64,000 nucleotides of DNA from Candidatus Bathyarchaeota archaeon. Its GTDB lineage: Archaea; Thermoproteota; Bathyarchaeia; Bathyarchaeales; Bathycorpusculaceae. Location: assembly GCA_963768425.1 (NCBI GenBank), contig CAVYHV010000015.1:63620-127619 (forward strand), in the 5' to 3' direction. Made by a program: the position numbers and the translations under genes. The notes beneath the pieces are model-generated. The model saw only the letters and a program-made list of their open reading frames with translations, searched no databases and was not told the DNA's origin. Shown here in pieces: positions 1 to 9,979 of this stretch (positions are counted from its first letter, which is position 1; each line of letters starts with the position of its first letter).

Positions 1-12
1 ACTATACTTCTC

Positions 13-1524
13 ATGCTAGGTTTGGCCGTGGACTACTCGGTTTTGCAGCTTAGACGCACAAGGGAAGAACGGCTGAAAGGCAAAACAATCGAAGAAAGCG
101 TAGGAATCTCCATCAAATGGGCAGGCCAAGCTGTATTGACCGCAGGCATAACCGTCATCGTAGCTTACATCGTCATGGCGGTTGCAAACGTGCCCATATT
201 CAGCGACGTTGGAACAGCAATAGCCTTAGGAGTCGCAATCTTGCTCGCGGCGTCTTTGACTTTGCTGCCTGCTTTGGAAATTGCCTTAGGCGATAAGATC
301 TTCTGGCCAGGGCTGAAGGGAAAAATCAACGCAAAGTCTGACCCCAACAAAAACGTGCTTAGACGTTTGGCTCATTGTACGCTTAAAAGGAAAGTGCCCG
401 TTGTCGTAATCATCAGTGTCATTGCGCTAAGCGCTTTTATCGTTATGTATAGCACTCCAACAAGCGAGGAGTTCCTTAGGCTGATTCCGAACTTCCCGAG
501 CAACCAGGGACTGACTGCTTTAGCCAACGATTTTGGAAGCGGAACCTTAGGGCCGACATCAATCGTCGTCACGACTGCGACGCCGATAACTTATGGAGAG
601 AACCAGTTTAACCAGACGCTGCTTAACCAAATTGACGCCATCACAAATTCTGCTGCAGATTCCAAAGGCGTCGATTCAGCTTCGGGCACAACTAGACCCT
701 ATGGAGATGCCTTCAACTACGCTTCGATCGGTAACATGTCTGTTCCAATTCAGCAGCAGTACGAAAGCCAAATGTTCTCAACCATCGGTAAAGATAACAA
801 AACCGCAGTGATCACCGTTAACCTGGCGGATTCAGGCTTTAGCCCCGCCGCTATCAACTCGCTCAAAGGTGTCGAAAAGAACATCAGCAAACTGTCTCTA
901 CTGGCAGGAGTGAAAATTTACTATGGCGGAGAAACCCAGTCCATCTATGATGGTCAAACATTCATGACGAATTTGATTCCTGAAGTCGTGGCTATCCTTG
1001 CAGCGGCAGTCTACGTGATCTTATTCTTCCAGCTAAAATCCGCTTTTACCCCGGTTCGACTTATAGTTACGATTCTCTGCAGCGTCGTTTGCTCATTAGC
1101 AATCGTTTGCTTCGTCTTTTACTATGCCCTAAACCTGCCCATCCTTAACTTCGCGCCGCTCTTCGTTGTGGTAACCATGCTTGGCGTAGGAATAGACTAC
1201 GACATATTCTTCATAACCCGCATAAGAGAAGAAGTCCTCAACGGAAAAACAGACAATGACGCAATAGTAGAAGCCATCGACAAAGTCTGGGTAACAATCC
1301 TCGGCTTAGGCCTGGTCCTTGCAACCGTCTTCCTGTCACTGGTAATAACCAACATTGCCGTGCTTGAAGAAATCGCACTAGCCGTTGCCGCCGCAATCCT
1401 GATCGACGTAACCGTAGTAATCCTCTTCTTCGTACCTTCACTAATGGGTTTGGCGCAGAAATTCAACTGGTGGCCCTACCGATTCACAAAAAACAAAAAA
1501 GCTGAAAACAACAAGCATGTTTAG
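13..1524 (+). CDS. MMPL/RND family transporter (probably 5'-truncated by window edge)
   Basis: Two GxxxDY motifs (GLAVDY, GVGIDYDIF..RIREE), many TM segments and a large extracytoplasmic loop; the ORF starts mid-domain. Confidence 0.9.
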   Translation: MLGLAVDYSVLQLRRTREERLKGKTIEESVGISIKWAGQAVLTAGITVIVAYIVMAVANVPIFSDVGTAIALGVAILLAASLTLLPALEIALGDKIFWPGLKGKINAKSDPNKNVLRRLAHCTLKRKVPVVVIISVIALSAFIVMYSTPTSEEFLRLIPNFPSNQGLTALANDFGSGTLGPTSIVVTTATPITYGENQFNQTLLNQIDAITNSAADSKGVDSASGTTRPYGDAFNYASIGNMSVPIQQQYESQMFSTIGKDNKTAVITVNLADSGFSPAAINSLKGVEKNISKLSLLAGVKIYYGGETQSIYDGQTFMTNLIPEVVAILAAAVYVILFFQLKSAFTPVRLIVTILCSVVCSLAIVCFVFYYALNLPILNFAPLFVVVTMLGVGIDYDIFFITRIREEVLNGKTDNDAIVEAIDKVWVTILGLGLVLATVFLSLVITNIAVLEEIALAVAAAILIDVTVVILFFVPSLMGLAQKFNWWPYRFTKNKKAENNKHV

Positions 1525-1852
1525 GTCGATTTATTTAGTTTGCTATCAGTAACAAGTTTTTCGGTTTGCTTCGATGAGTTAAATCAATTGCGCCTTAATG
1601 CGCTGTTAATTTAATAAACAAGCTAACTTAAAACACGCCCATGCCATTTACAGCCTAAAACAAGGCTACAGTGCCAGACTCCGCCTATTCTGTAAATTAG
1701 GGTATTTAATTAAATGGGTCTTCAAAAAAATTTGGAAATAATTTTGAAATTTTGGGGCTTAACAAAAATCGTGCCTTTTAAGGGGCTAATTATTCAGCCA
1801 TTACAATAGCAAAAATAAAATATAGTTGTTCTAACTGTATTTCGGTGGTTGT

Positions 1853-2323
1853 TTGGGCATGAGAGTGATTGATGCAACTCTTATTGGGCTTGCTTTAATT
1901 TCTCTAATCTTTGTTGGAATGGTCTTTTTGATTGTTGACTTACTGATTTTCAATTCTGTTAACCCTGTCTCAATTGAGATAGCAGATTTGGGCATGTTTT
2001 TAGGTTTAGCTTTTGGGTTGTTTGCAGGGAATTGGTATACTAAGCAACAACTGAGCATTTTATCCGAAAAGATTGAGTTTAGCAGTTTGGGTTCCAAGGG
2101 ATTGTACTATGCCTTGTTTTCTGGGTTGGCGATATTTCTTGTTTGTTCGTTCTTTGTTATTTTTTATAACGAGATCGTTTTCGCAGAGGGTTTGATTACC
2201 TTCGTTATTTCAGCAACTTTTGCTTTGTACGTAATAAGGTTAATTGTTGTCTATTCATGGGAAAAGAGAGTAAGAAAAATAATGATGATGGAGTGGAACA
2301 AATTTTATGCTATACCAAAATAA
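1853..2323 (+). CDS. Hypothetical membrane protein (~4 TM)
   Basis: 156-aa hydrophobic ORF; AT-rich. Confidence 0.7.
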   Translation: MGMRVIDATLIGLALISLIFVGMVFLIVDLLIFNSVNPVSIEIADLGMFLGLAFGLFAGNWYTKQQLSILSEKIEFSSLGSKGLYYALFSGLAIFLVCSFFVIFYNEIVFAEGLITFVISATFALYVIRLIVVYSWEKRVRKIMMMEWNKFYAIPK

Positions 2324-2390
2324 TCAGGTTTTAAGTTTTTCCATCGCTTGCTTTGGGTTTTAACTCTTAGAACTAACAATCAACCTTCGA

Positions 2391-2714
2391 TCAAAGCGTT
2401 TTCAACCAATCATCAAGTTGCTTCTCTTTTAAGCCCACGCCGAATCTTCCGTCAAGACGTTTGGAGACTTTGCCTTTTTCAAAGAATATAATGGTTGGAA
2501 CAGCCTCAACGTCGTATATATCCCACAACTCATTGTCGTAGTCATCAAGCATGACGTGAATGATTTCTCCGTCGTTGAATATGCCTGTTTTCTTTTGGAA
2601 AACCGGAACAAAACTCCTGCAGTAAGGACACCATGAAGCATGAAAAAGTGCAAGAACTTTCTCGTTCTTCTTCAATTCCTGATTTAGGCCTTGTTCACTA
2701 TCAACTTTGATCAT
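2391..2714 (-). CDS. Thioredoxin family protein
   Basis: WCPYC active site and VPT cis-Pro motif; start chosen at MIKVDS. Confidence 0.9.
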   Translation of the reverse strand: MIKVDSEQGLNQELKKNEKVLALFHASWCPYCRSFVPVFQKKTGIFNDGEIIHVMLDDYDNELWDIYDVEAVPTIIFFEKGKVSKRLDGRFGVGLKEKQLDDWLKTL

Positions 2715-2974
2715 AAGTATCATTCTAAATCGTTTTGCGTTGTTCATAAACGTGCCGTTCCTGCTCCAACAAACGCACATTTATAAAATTTCTCTTGACT
2801 AGACATAGTAGATATTTCTTAAGGATAGAGGGTTCTCACTTGAAGAGAACAAGGGTTACTTTGTTATCTTTTAAGGCGCAAACGGGAGACGTTTTCCATG
2901 GAAACCGACATTAGCAATCATCCCAACTTTAAGGAAAGCTAAATAGATTAATCCATATCAAATAGCTGAACACG

Positions 2975-3697
2975 ATGTCACGTAAAGCTTATCGAAGAGG
3001 ATATCCAGTTGCAGTTTTAATCGGAATAGAGAGTGACCATGCTGCCTTATGGCAAATTTTCAGCCAAGTAGCCAAGCAACAACAAACTTTATCCCTAGCT
3101 GGGAACCGAAGCGACACAAAAAACCTGTACTGCTTTCACGAAGCAGTCATAAACGCAATTCGGCCGACTTTGAAGGAAGGAGTCAGAAGCATCGTAATAG
3201 CAGCGCCTCCGCGGACCAATTATGCACAGGAATTCCAAAATCACATTAAGGCACATCACAGCTGGCTTCTTTCAGGAACCAACAAAGCCACATTCTCCAC
3301 CATCACAGGTTCAGCAAGCACACCCACCCAAGTTGCCGCCATTACAAAAACAGCAGCCTTCAAACAATCAATCAGCGAAACAACAACGGAAGAAGCAGAA
3401 AACCTTCTTGAAATCCTCGAAAAAAAGCTAAGCTCCCCTGAAAACTCGGTGCTTTTTTCTCTGCAAGACGCGGAACATTTTATTCTCGGAACGCAAACAG
3501 AGGGGAAGCCTAAGCCTGAATACCTCATGCTTACAGATGAGTTCCTTTCGAAGAGTCGGCAAAAATACCGAATTCAAAAGCTCATGCAGATTGCGGCAAA
3601 CAAAGGAGTAAAAACCCGAGTAATAAGTGCGGAGTCAACTGCTGGAAAACGGCTAACGCAGTTTGGCGGAATTGTTTGTTTGGCAAAACGTGATTAG
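2975..3697 (+). CDS. Pelota/aeRF1-family protein, domains 2-3 only
   Basis: C-terminus ISAESTAGKRLTQFGGIVCL parallels pelota ISTEHEAGAKLLSLGGIAAL; SIVIAAP domain-2 strand; no N-terminal domain. Confidence 0.7.
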   Translation: MSRKAYRRGYPVAVLIGIESDHAALWQIFSQVAKQQQTLSLAGNRSDTKNLYCFHEAVINAIRPTLKEGVRSIVIAAPPRTNYAQEFQNHIKAHHSWLLSGTNKATFSTITGSASTPTQVAAITKTAAFKQSISETTTEEAENLLEILEKKLSSPENSVLFSLQDAEHFILGTQTEGKPKPEYLMLTDEFLSKSRQKYRIQKLMQIAANKGVKTRVISAESTAGKRLTQFGGIVCLAKRD

Positions 3698-3702
3698 CCA
3701 AC

Positions 3703-4434
3703 CTAAAGAAATCCATTATCCTTAAGTTGCCCAATTGATATTTTGCCAGAATGCAAAGAAGTAGCCACCAACGCCCCTGAAATACCAGTATCCCGCAGCT
3801 CAAGCAAATCACTGATGTCTCTGACGCCGCCTCCAACGTACAGATTCAACGGCACTTCTGCAAGCACTTTTTTCATAAAATCCATGTTCACTCCTTCGCC
3901 GCTGCCTACCCGCGCCAAATCCAAAACAATGACTTGTGAAACGCCCATGACCTTGAACTCGTTTAGAAGGCAAATTGGATTCGTGCATCCATTGAATCCC
4001 AACTTGACAAGGACCTTGTCGCCTCTCAAATCCAAGCTTACAATGACGCGGTCGCTTCCAAACGCTTTTACCGCTTCGCCGACGAAGCTTTTGTTTTGGA
4101 GTGTTTCGGTTCCGATGACAAGTTTTGAAACCCCGTTCTCAAGCAATTTCTCGGCTCGTTCCATTGAGGTCACGCCTGCATCGATCATCAGGTTAAGACC
4201 CGTTGCGTCAGAGATACGTTGGAAAACTTGAAAGTTGGCGGAGCAATCGATTATGGCATCTAAATCAGCAATATACAACTCGCTAAAACCGAGCTTTTTG
4301 AAGTCCTTTGCAACTTCAACTGGGTCGACTGAATTGGACAAGCTGCTTTGAAGGGGTTTATACTCGCTTCTCTTGCCCCTGATAGCATGGACCACGACGC
4401 CGTTTAAAATGTCGATCACTGGTATTGCTTTCAA
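3703..4434 (-). CDS. HisA/HisF-related TIM-barrel protein (C1-cofactor associated)
   Basis: IPVIDILNGVVVHA..G.R..Y, YIADLDAI, LDLARVGSGEG, VGGGVRD; divergent from the mfn operon. Confidence 0.85.
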   Translation of the reverse strand: MKAIPVIDILNGVVVHAIRGKRSEYKPLQSSLSNSVDPVEVAKDFKKLGFSELYIADLDAIIDCSANFQVFQRISDATGLNLMIDAGVTSMERAEKLLENGVSKLVIGTETLQNKSFVGEAVKAFGSDRVIVSLDLRGDKVLVKLGFNGCTNPICLLNEFKVMGVSQVIVLDLARVGSGEGVNMDFMKKVLAEVPLNLYVGGGVRDISDLLELRDTGISGALVATSLHSGKISIGQLKDNGFL

Positions 4435-4537
4435 TCTTGCTCGCTAACTGGAATTATTCGTTGCAAATAGAAAAACCTAGCCTTCGTTGAGCAAAACTTT
4501 TAAAGCCTTCATTAATGCGCTTGATTACTGACAACGA

Positions 4538-5278
4538 TTGAAGCTACTAATTAGCCCCGTAAACGCACAAGAAGCCGCCGAAGCTATTGCTGGAGGCGCC
4601 ACCATAATTGACGTCAAAAACCCTCAAGAAGGCGCCTTAGGAGCCAATTTTCCATGGGTCATCAAGCAGATAAAGGAGCTTGCACCGAAAAACGTTCAAG
4701 TTAGTTGCGCTTTAGGCGACATCCCGAATCTTCCTGGTTCTGTGTCGCTTGCAGCCTTGGGTGCAGCTTCGTTGGGGGTTGATTACGTCAAGGTAAGTCT
4801 TTATGGGTGCAAAACAGTTGAGGAAGCACTGTATCTCCTTCAAAACGTTAACAGAGCTGCTAAGGAATGCAACCCCAAAATCAAGGTGGCTGCCGTTGGT
4901 TACGCTGACGCAAAAAAAACTAATTTGCTAGATCCAAGGCAGGTTCCCGAAGTAGCAGCCAAAGCGCACGTTGAGGTAGCCATGCTTGACACGCAGTTTA
5001 AAGACGGAAAGACCCTCTTCTTCCACCTCTCGGCGGAGCAACTTAAGAAATTCGTTGATCGTAGCCATCAACTGGGTCTTGAAGTGGCGTTGGCTGGGTC
5101 ACTGCGGAAGGAAGATTTGCCTGTAGTTTACCGTTTGGGCGCCGATATAGTAGGTTTGCGTGGAGCAGCCTGCACAAACAGAGACCGAGTCAAGGGAGAA
5201 ATGAAGAGAGCTCTCGTGGGCGAACTTGTGGAAGTTATCAGTCAAACTGAATTGCAAGCTAACAAGCCGAGGGTTTAA
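4538..5278 (+). CDS. mfnB: (5-formylfuran-3-yl)methyl phosphate synthase
   Basis: LLISP..EA.EA..GGA.IIDVKNP.EGALGANFPW, MLDT..KDG, LAGSL, GLRGAAC. Confidence 0.92.
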   Translation: MKLLISPVNAQEAAEAIAGGATIIDVKNPQEGALGANFPWVIKQIKELAPKNVQVSCALGDIPNLPGSVSLAALGAASLGVDYVKVSLYGCKTVEEALYLLQNVNRAAKECNPKIKVAAVGYADAKKTNLLDPRQVPEVAAKAHVEVAMLDTQFKDGKTLFFHLSAEQLKKFVDRSHQLGLEVALAGSLRKEDLPVVYRLGADIVGLRGAACTNRDRVKGEMKRALVGELVEVISQTELQANKPRV

Positions 5279-5280
5279 CC

Positions 5281-6420
5281 TTGCATGCAGGCGGCTTAAG
5301 CAGGAAACTGGTGCTGGCTGAAATTAAAAAAGTCCGGCACTTAGACCAGCGCTACGATGACGGTAAGGTTTTGTGTTCCATGTGTACAAAGCCGCATCCG
5401 ACGGCGGAGAAAGCTTACAAGCTCTTTTTGAATTCTAACTTAGGCGACCCTGGACTATTTCCAGGGAGCGTACAGCTTGAACAAGAAGTTGTACATGAAT
5501 TAGCGACCCTCCTTCATGGCGAAAACGGCATTGGACACGTAGTTTCAGGGGGAACCGAAGCTAATTTGATGGCACTTTTAGCCGCAAGAAACACGGCAAA
5601 TGTCAGCGCTCCCGAAATCGTTTTGCCTGAATCGGCTCATTTCTCATTCACCAAAGTCTGCAATGTCCTAAAAATAAAGTCAGTGTACGTCAAATTAGAC
5701 AGCTCTTTCAGAGTTGACCCAGTTCAGGTTGTGAAATCTATCAGCGAAAACACTATCGCAATCGTCGGGACTGCTGGAACTTCGGAACTGGGTGTGGTCG
5801 ATCCAATCGAGGAACTTTCACGAATTGCGCTAGAGCGCAAGGTTTGGTTACATGTTGATGCAGCCTTCGGAGGCTTAGTTATTCCGTTCTTAGATGGCGA
5901 CAAACCTAAGTTTGATTTCTCATTGGAGGCAGTGAAATCTATGACAGTTGACCCTCACAAGATGGGAATGGCTGCCATTCCAGCAGGCGGAATCCTCTTC
6001 AGACACCAAGAAGCCTTGGATTGTCTCAAAACTGAAACGCCTTACTTAACCGATCGATACCAGTACACGTTTGTCGGAACACGAACAGGTGCTGCAGCTG
6101 CTTCAGCATGGGCAGCTTTTAAGTCGCTAGGCATTGAAGGGTACAGGAAAATCGTCGGCAAATGCATGAAGAATACCCAGCTAATCGCTGACGGACTGGT
6201 AGATGAGGGTTGCAGCCTTGTCGTGCAGCCATCCCTGAACATCGTGGCGTTCCGCAGCAACGGTGGCACTAAACGCATGTCAGAGAGACTTCGACAGAAA
6301 GGCTGGCTTATCTCTTACGTGCCACGGTACGATTGCATAAGAATCGTTGTCATGCCGCACGTTAAGAAGAAGCATGCCGAAGTTTTTTTGAAGGACGTCG
6401 CCGGAATCGAAAAGCTTTAA
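5281..6420 (+). CDS. mfnA: PLP-dependent L-tyrosine/L-aspartate decarboxylase
   Basis: SMCTKPH, NLGDPGLFPG, SGGTEAN, HVDAAFGG, DPHK (PLP lysine). Confidence 0.93.
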   Translation: MHAGGLSRKLVLAEIKKVRHLDQRYDDGKVLCSMCTKPHPTAEKAYKLFLNSNLGDPGLFPGSVQLEQEVVHELATLLHGENGIGHVVSGGTEANLMALLAARNTANVSAPEIVLPESAHFSFTKVCNVLKIKSVYVKLDSSFRVDPVQVVKSISENTIAIVGTAGTSELGVVDPIEELSRIALERKVWLHVDAAFGGLVIPFLDGDKPKFDFSLEAVKSMTVDPHKMGMAAIPAGGILFRHQEALDCLKTETPYLTDRYQYTFVGTRTGAAAASAWAAFKSLGIEGYRKIVGKCMKNTQLIADGLVDEGCSLVVQPSLNIVAFRSNGGTKRMSERLRQKGWLISYVPRYDCIRIVVMPHVKKKHAEVFLKDVAGIEKL

Positions 6421-6461
6421 GGTTACGCAGGGTTTCCATCGAATCTTAAAGGGACAATGCT

Positions 6462-7694
6462 TTGAAGATTTTGCTTTACGAGCATGTTTCAGGCGGCGGA
6501 TACGCAGGAAAACCACTGGACCAAAGCGTTTTATCAGAAGGGTTCGGTATGCTACGCTGCCTCGCCCAAGATTTCAAAGCTGCAGGAAACGAAGTAACAG
6601 TTTTACTTGATGAACGCATCGCAAAAATGAAGCCGCCTCTCTCAGCTAAAAGCACAGTTCCAGTTTTTCAAGCCCAAGAAGTCGAAAAATCTCTGGTTAA
6701 CGCTGCTAAAACTAACGATGCTGTCTACGTTATTGCGCCTGAAACAGGACAGATCCTGCAGTCACTGGTCACTCTCGTTGGGAAAACATCGAAAGTGGCT
6801 CTTAATTGCGAAGCCAGCGCTATTGGCAACGTTGCGGATAAGGCGGTTCTCTACGAGACCCTCAGGAACAACGATTTATACACTCCTGAAACGGTCATCT
6901 TTGACGTTGAGAATGACTTAGCCCAAGTTGAGCGAGAAATCAGAAGTCGACTGAGTTACCCTGTCGTCGTTAAGCCTGTGGATGGTGTTAGCTGCGGAGG
7001 ATTAAGCATCATCCACGAAGACCGTCTATTAGAAACTGCAATCGAGAAAATAAAGTCGACATCATCCGCAAAAAGTTTCATTGCACAAGAGTTCATTTGC
7101 GGCGAAAACGCGAGCGTAAGCCTGATTTGCAAGGAAGATAAAGCGTTATCAGCTAGCCTGAATAAACAGATCGTTAATCTTTCCGAACCAGAAGGAGCTT
7201 CAAGCTATGAAGGCGGCGCGGTTCCTTTTGATCATGCGCTAAAGACTGAAGCGTTCAAAGCGGCGGAAAAGGTTGCATCGTGTTTTGTTGGATTGCGAGG
7301 CTACGTCGGGGTTGACTTCGTTTTGGCGCAAGGCAGGGCATTTGTTGTGGATATTAATCCTAGATTAACGACGTCTTATGTTGGTTTGAGCAAAGTTGCT
7401 GGTTTTAACGTGGCAGAGGCAATGGTTCATGCCGTACTTGATAACAAGTTTCTAGTACAGCAGGAAAACAAGGGGTTCGTTTATTTTTCTAAAGTTCGAT
7501 TGCCCAAGCCTTCAATTGATGTCTTCTCTAAGGTCGCTCAAATAGACGGGGTTATTTCACCGCCTTTCCCCGTTGACGGCGAGTCAGAAGCGATTTCGCT
7601 GGTGGCTGCTAATGGCGAATCCATGTCTGACGCGGAGCTGCGGTTCGAAGAAGCTAAAAAGCGGCTGCTCAAGTTATCAGTGGGAGAAAGATAG
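6462..7694 (+). CDS. mfnD: Tyramine--L-glutamate ligase (ATP-grasp)
   Basis: EG.GML, IAPE, VVKPVDG, GYVGVD, INPRLTTSY; operon context. Confidence 0.85.
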   Translation: MKILLYEHVSGGGYAGKPLDQSVLSEGFGMLRCLAQDFKAAGNEVTVLLDERIAKMKPPLSAKSTVPVFQAQEVEKSLVNAAKTNDAVYVIAPETGQILQSLVTLVGKTSKVALNCEASAIGNVADKAVLYETLRNNDLYTPETVIFDVENDLAQVEREIRSRLSYPVVVKPVDGVSCGGLSIIHEDRLLETAIEKIKSTSSAKSFIAQEFICGENASVSLICKEDKALSASLNKQIVNLSEPEGASSYEGGAVPFDHALKTEAFKAAEKVASCFVGLRGYVGVDFVLAQGRAFVVDINPRLTTSYVGLSKVAGFNVAEAMVHAVLDNKFLVQQENKGFVYFSKVRLPKPSIDVFSKVAQIDGVISPPFPVDGESEAISLVAANGESMSDAELRFEEAKKRLLKLSVGER

Positions 7695-7695
7695 C

Positions 7696-8766
7696 GTGGT
7701 AGACGTGTTAGGATTTGACATCGGGGGCGCGAACACCAAAGCTGTACTAGTTCGTACGCAAAACGGTAGACTAAAAGACATAAAGCTTGACATCGAGTAT
7801 TTCCCGATTTGGAAAGAACCACAAAAACTCTCAAAAGTCCTCTTGAAGTTGAAGCAACGACTGGGTGCCGAAAGACTCGATGGATTAGGGGTTACAATGA
7901 CCGCTGAATTATCGGATGCTTACCAAACCAAACGTGAAGGAGTTCACAGCGTTATAGCCGGAGTTAAAGAATCGTTTCCTGACACGCCTATCCACGTGCT
8001 AAATACAGATTGCGAGTTGGAGTCGACAGCCAAGGCAGAATTGGCGCCACTTGGGGTAGCGGCTGCAAATTGGGTTGCTACAGGATGGTTGGTTGCCCAG
8101 CGAATAGCCAACTGCGTGATAGCTGACGTCGGAAGCACAAGCACCAGTATAATTCCAGTCGCTTCAGGGAAAGTGGCTGCACTGGGCAAAACGGATTTGG
8201 ACAAACTAATTTGTGGAGAGCTTGTTTACACGGGAGGTTTAAGGACAAATGTCGCGGCAATTGTCCAATCCATTCCTGTCAGAGGCGGAGTAGCCAGCGT
8301 GGCATCTGAAATGTTTGCGCTATCCGCAGATGTCCACATAATCTTAGGCCACATCACAGAAGCGCAGTACACTAGTGAGACTGCGGACGGACGCGGCAAG
8401 ACGTTACGTGAAGCCTATGCAAGGTTAGCTAGGGTAGTTTGCGCTGATACAGACATGTTGACGAATCAGGAAATATTTGAGATGGCAAAATACATCTACC
8501 TCAGCCAACTTTTGCAAGTTACCCAAGGCTTAACCAAAGTCTACTCACACGTTAAAAAGCAAGCGAAAAACGAAGTTTCAATCGTGGTCACGGGTCTCGG
8601 TAAAGATTTTATCGCAAGAAAAGCAGCTGAAAAAATCGGCGCTGACTCTATCTTCGATTTGGGAACCTTTCTGCCAAAAGAAATGTCGATGGCGACGCCT
8701 GCTTTCGCAGTTGCATTGATGACAGCGAACAAGATTGAGGGGGAGACAATCTGTTGGACGCAGTAA
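7696..8766 (+). CDS. mfnF: Hydantoinase A-like methanofuran biosynthesis protein MfnF
   Basis: GFDIGGANTK, TMTAELSDAY, AAANW, DVGSTSTSIIP, GELVYTG.LRT; GTG start right after mfnD. Confidence 0.88.
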   Translation: MVDVLGFDIGGANTKAVLVRTQNGRLKDIKLDIEYFPIWKEPQKLSKVLLKLKQRLGAERLDGLGVTMTAELSDAYQTKREGVHSVIAGVKESFPDTPIHVLNTDCELESTAKAELAPLGVAAANWVATGWLVAQRIANCVIADVGSTSTSIIPVASGKVAALGKTDLDKLICGELVYTGGLRTNVAAIVQSIPVRGGVASVASEMFALSADVHIILGHITEAQYTSETADGRGKTLREAYARLARVVCADTDMLTNQEIFEMAKYIYLSQLLQVTQGLTKVYSHVKKQAKNEVSIVVTGLGKDFIARKAAEKIGADSIFDLGTFLPKEMSMATPAFAVALMTANKIEGETICWTQ

Positions 8767-9431
8767 TGGTCAAAGTCGGCGGAAGCCTTGCATTGCAACC
8801 GGATAAACTGAGAAGCTTATGCGGAAAATTGACCGAGTTTTCTTATGCACACAAATTAGTTATATTGCCGGGAGGCGGCGAATTTGCCGACGCGGTCAGA
8901 AACTTAGATGAGCGATTCCATTTGTCGCCTAAGATTTCTCATCGCATGGCGATTTTAGGGATGGATCAATATGGGTTGCTGCTGTCTAACCTGCTGGCGG
9001 GTTCAAAGCTTGTTTATGAGCTTGATGATCTGCAAGAAATCCTCAATTCAGGTGAGTTGCCAGTTTTTTTGCCGTCGGCTTTCTTGTTTTCTAAAGATGC
9101 ACTTGAGAACTCGTGGGATGTTACTTCTGACACTATCGCCGTCTATATTGCAAGCCAACTGGGCTTATCCAAAGTTGTCTTAGTGACTGATGTTGATGGA
9201 GTCTACTCCAGTGACCCTAAGAAGTTTTTAAATGCAAAATTGATCAGGAAGTTGTCCGCTTCCAAGCTCCTAAAAATGAGCGAGAGAACGAGCGTTGATA
9301 AGTTCTTGCCAAAACTAATCTTGCAGTCCCAGCTTGAATGTTTCGTCGTAAATGGGCTACATTCCCAGCGCATCAAGGCAATCTTAACTGGAAAAGAAAC
9401 AGTTTGCACCAAAATAACCCGAAATCCATAG
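8754..9431 (+). CDS. mfnE: [5-(aminomethyl)furan-3-yl]methyl phosphate kinase (amino-acid kinase family)
   Basis: VKVGGSL, PGGGEFADAVR, H.MAILGMDQYG, SWDVTSD, TDVDGVY. Confidence 0.88.
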   Translation: MDAVMVKVGGSLALQPDKLRSLCGKLTEFSYAHKLVILPGGGEFADAVRNLDERFHLSPKISHRMAILGMDQYGLLLSNLLAGSKLVYELDDLQEILNSGELPVFLPSAFLFSKDALENSWDVTSDTIAVYIASQLGLSKVVLVTDVDGVYSSDPKKFLNAKLIRKLSASKLLKMSERTSVDKFLPKLILQSQLECFVVNGLHSQRIKAILTGKETVCTKITRNP

Positions 9432-9587
9432 AAATCTTCTAACGAGTTCCTTTAAAAGCACAAAGATATTTGGAATTGTTCAACAGCCATCTTTAAAAAT
9501 TAATTTATGCAGCACCTGCATGAATTCTTTCAAATAGGTGAAAGGATAAAATAGAAAAAATAAAAAAAGGATATTGGAAGTTGCCGT

Positions 9588-9752
9588 TTAGATCTTTTTC
9601 TTATCCACGACTTCTCGGAAGGTTTTGTCGCAGCACTTGTAAAGAGCAATGGTCAATTGTGTGCGTTTTCCTTTTTTGTCTGGTTTGCCAGCCATCTTCC
9701 AAGTTTTGGTTGCATTTTTTACTTCTTTTCCACAAGTTGGGCATTTTGCCAT
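9588..9752 (-). CDS. Small basic Cren7-like protein with Zn-ribbon cysteines (54 aa; not in ORF track)
   Basis: Translated by hand: MAKCPTCGKEVKNATKTWKMAGKPDKKGKRTQLTIALYKCCDKTFREVVDKKKI; KxW...IxL[YF]...KxFR pattern resembles Cren7; followed by a T-rich tract. Confidence 0.8.
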   Translation of the reverse strand: MAKCPTCGKEVKNATKTWKMAGKPDKKGKRTQLTIALYKCCDKTFREVVDKKKI

Positions 9753-9979
9753 GATTATCCCTACGCTTGAATGTTATCATATGGATCAGCATAAAACACT
9801 TGTGGTACATGCACTTAAAAATGGCTAAAAAGGCTTTCTTATAGCGTGAAAAACATGGAAAATGCAACCGTTTTATTGAAAAAACGGCGCTAACTCACTA
9901 CATTGCGGGGCGCCATAAGAAATGTTCCTAAACCAAGTTCTTAAGAAAATGGAGGAAAGTAAAAGAATTATTAGCTCAA

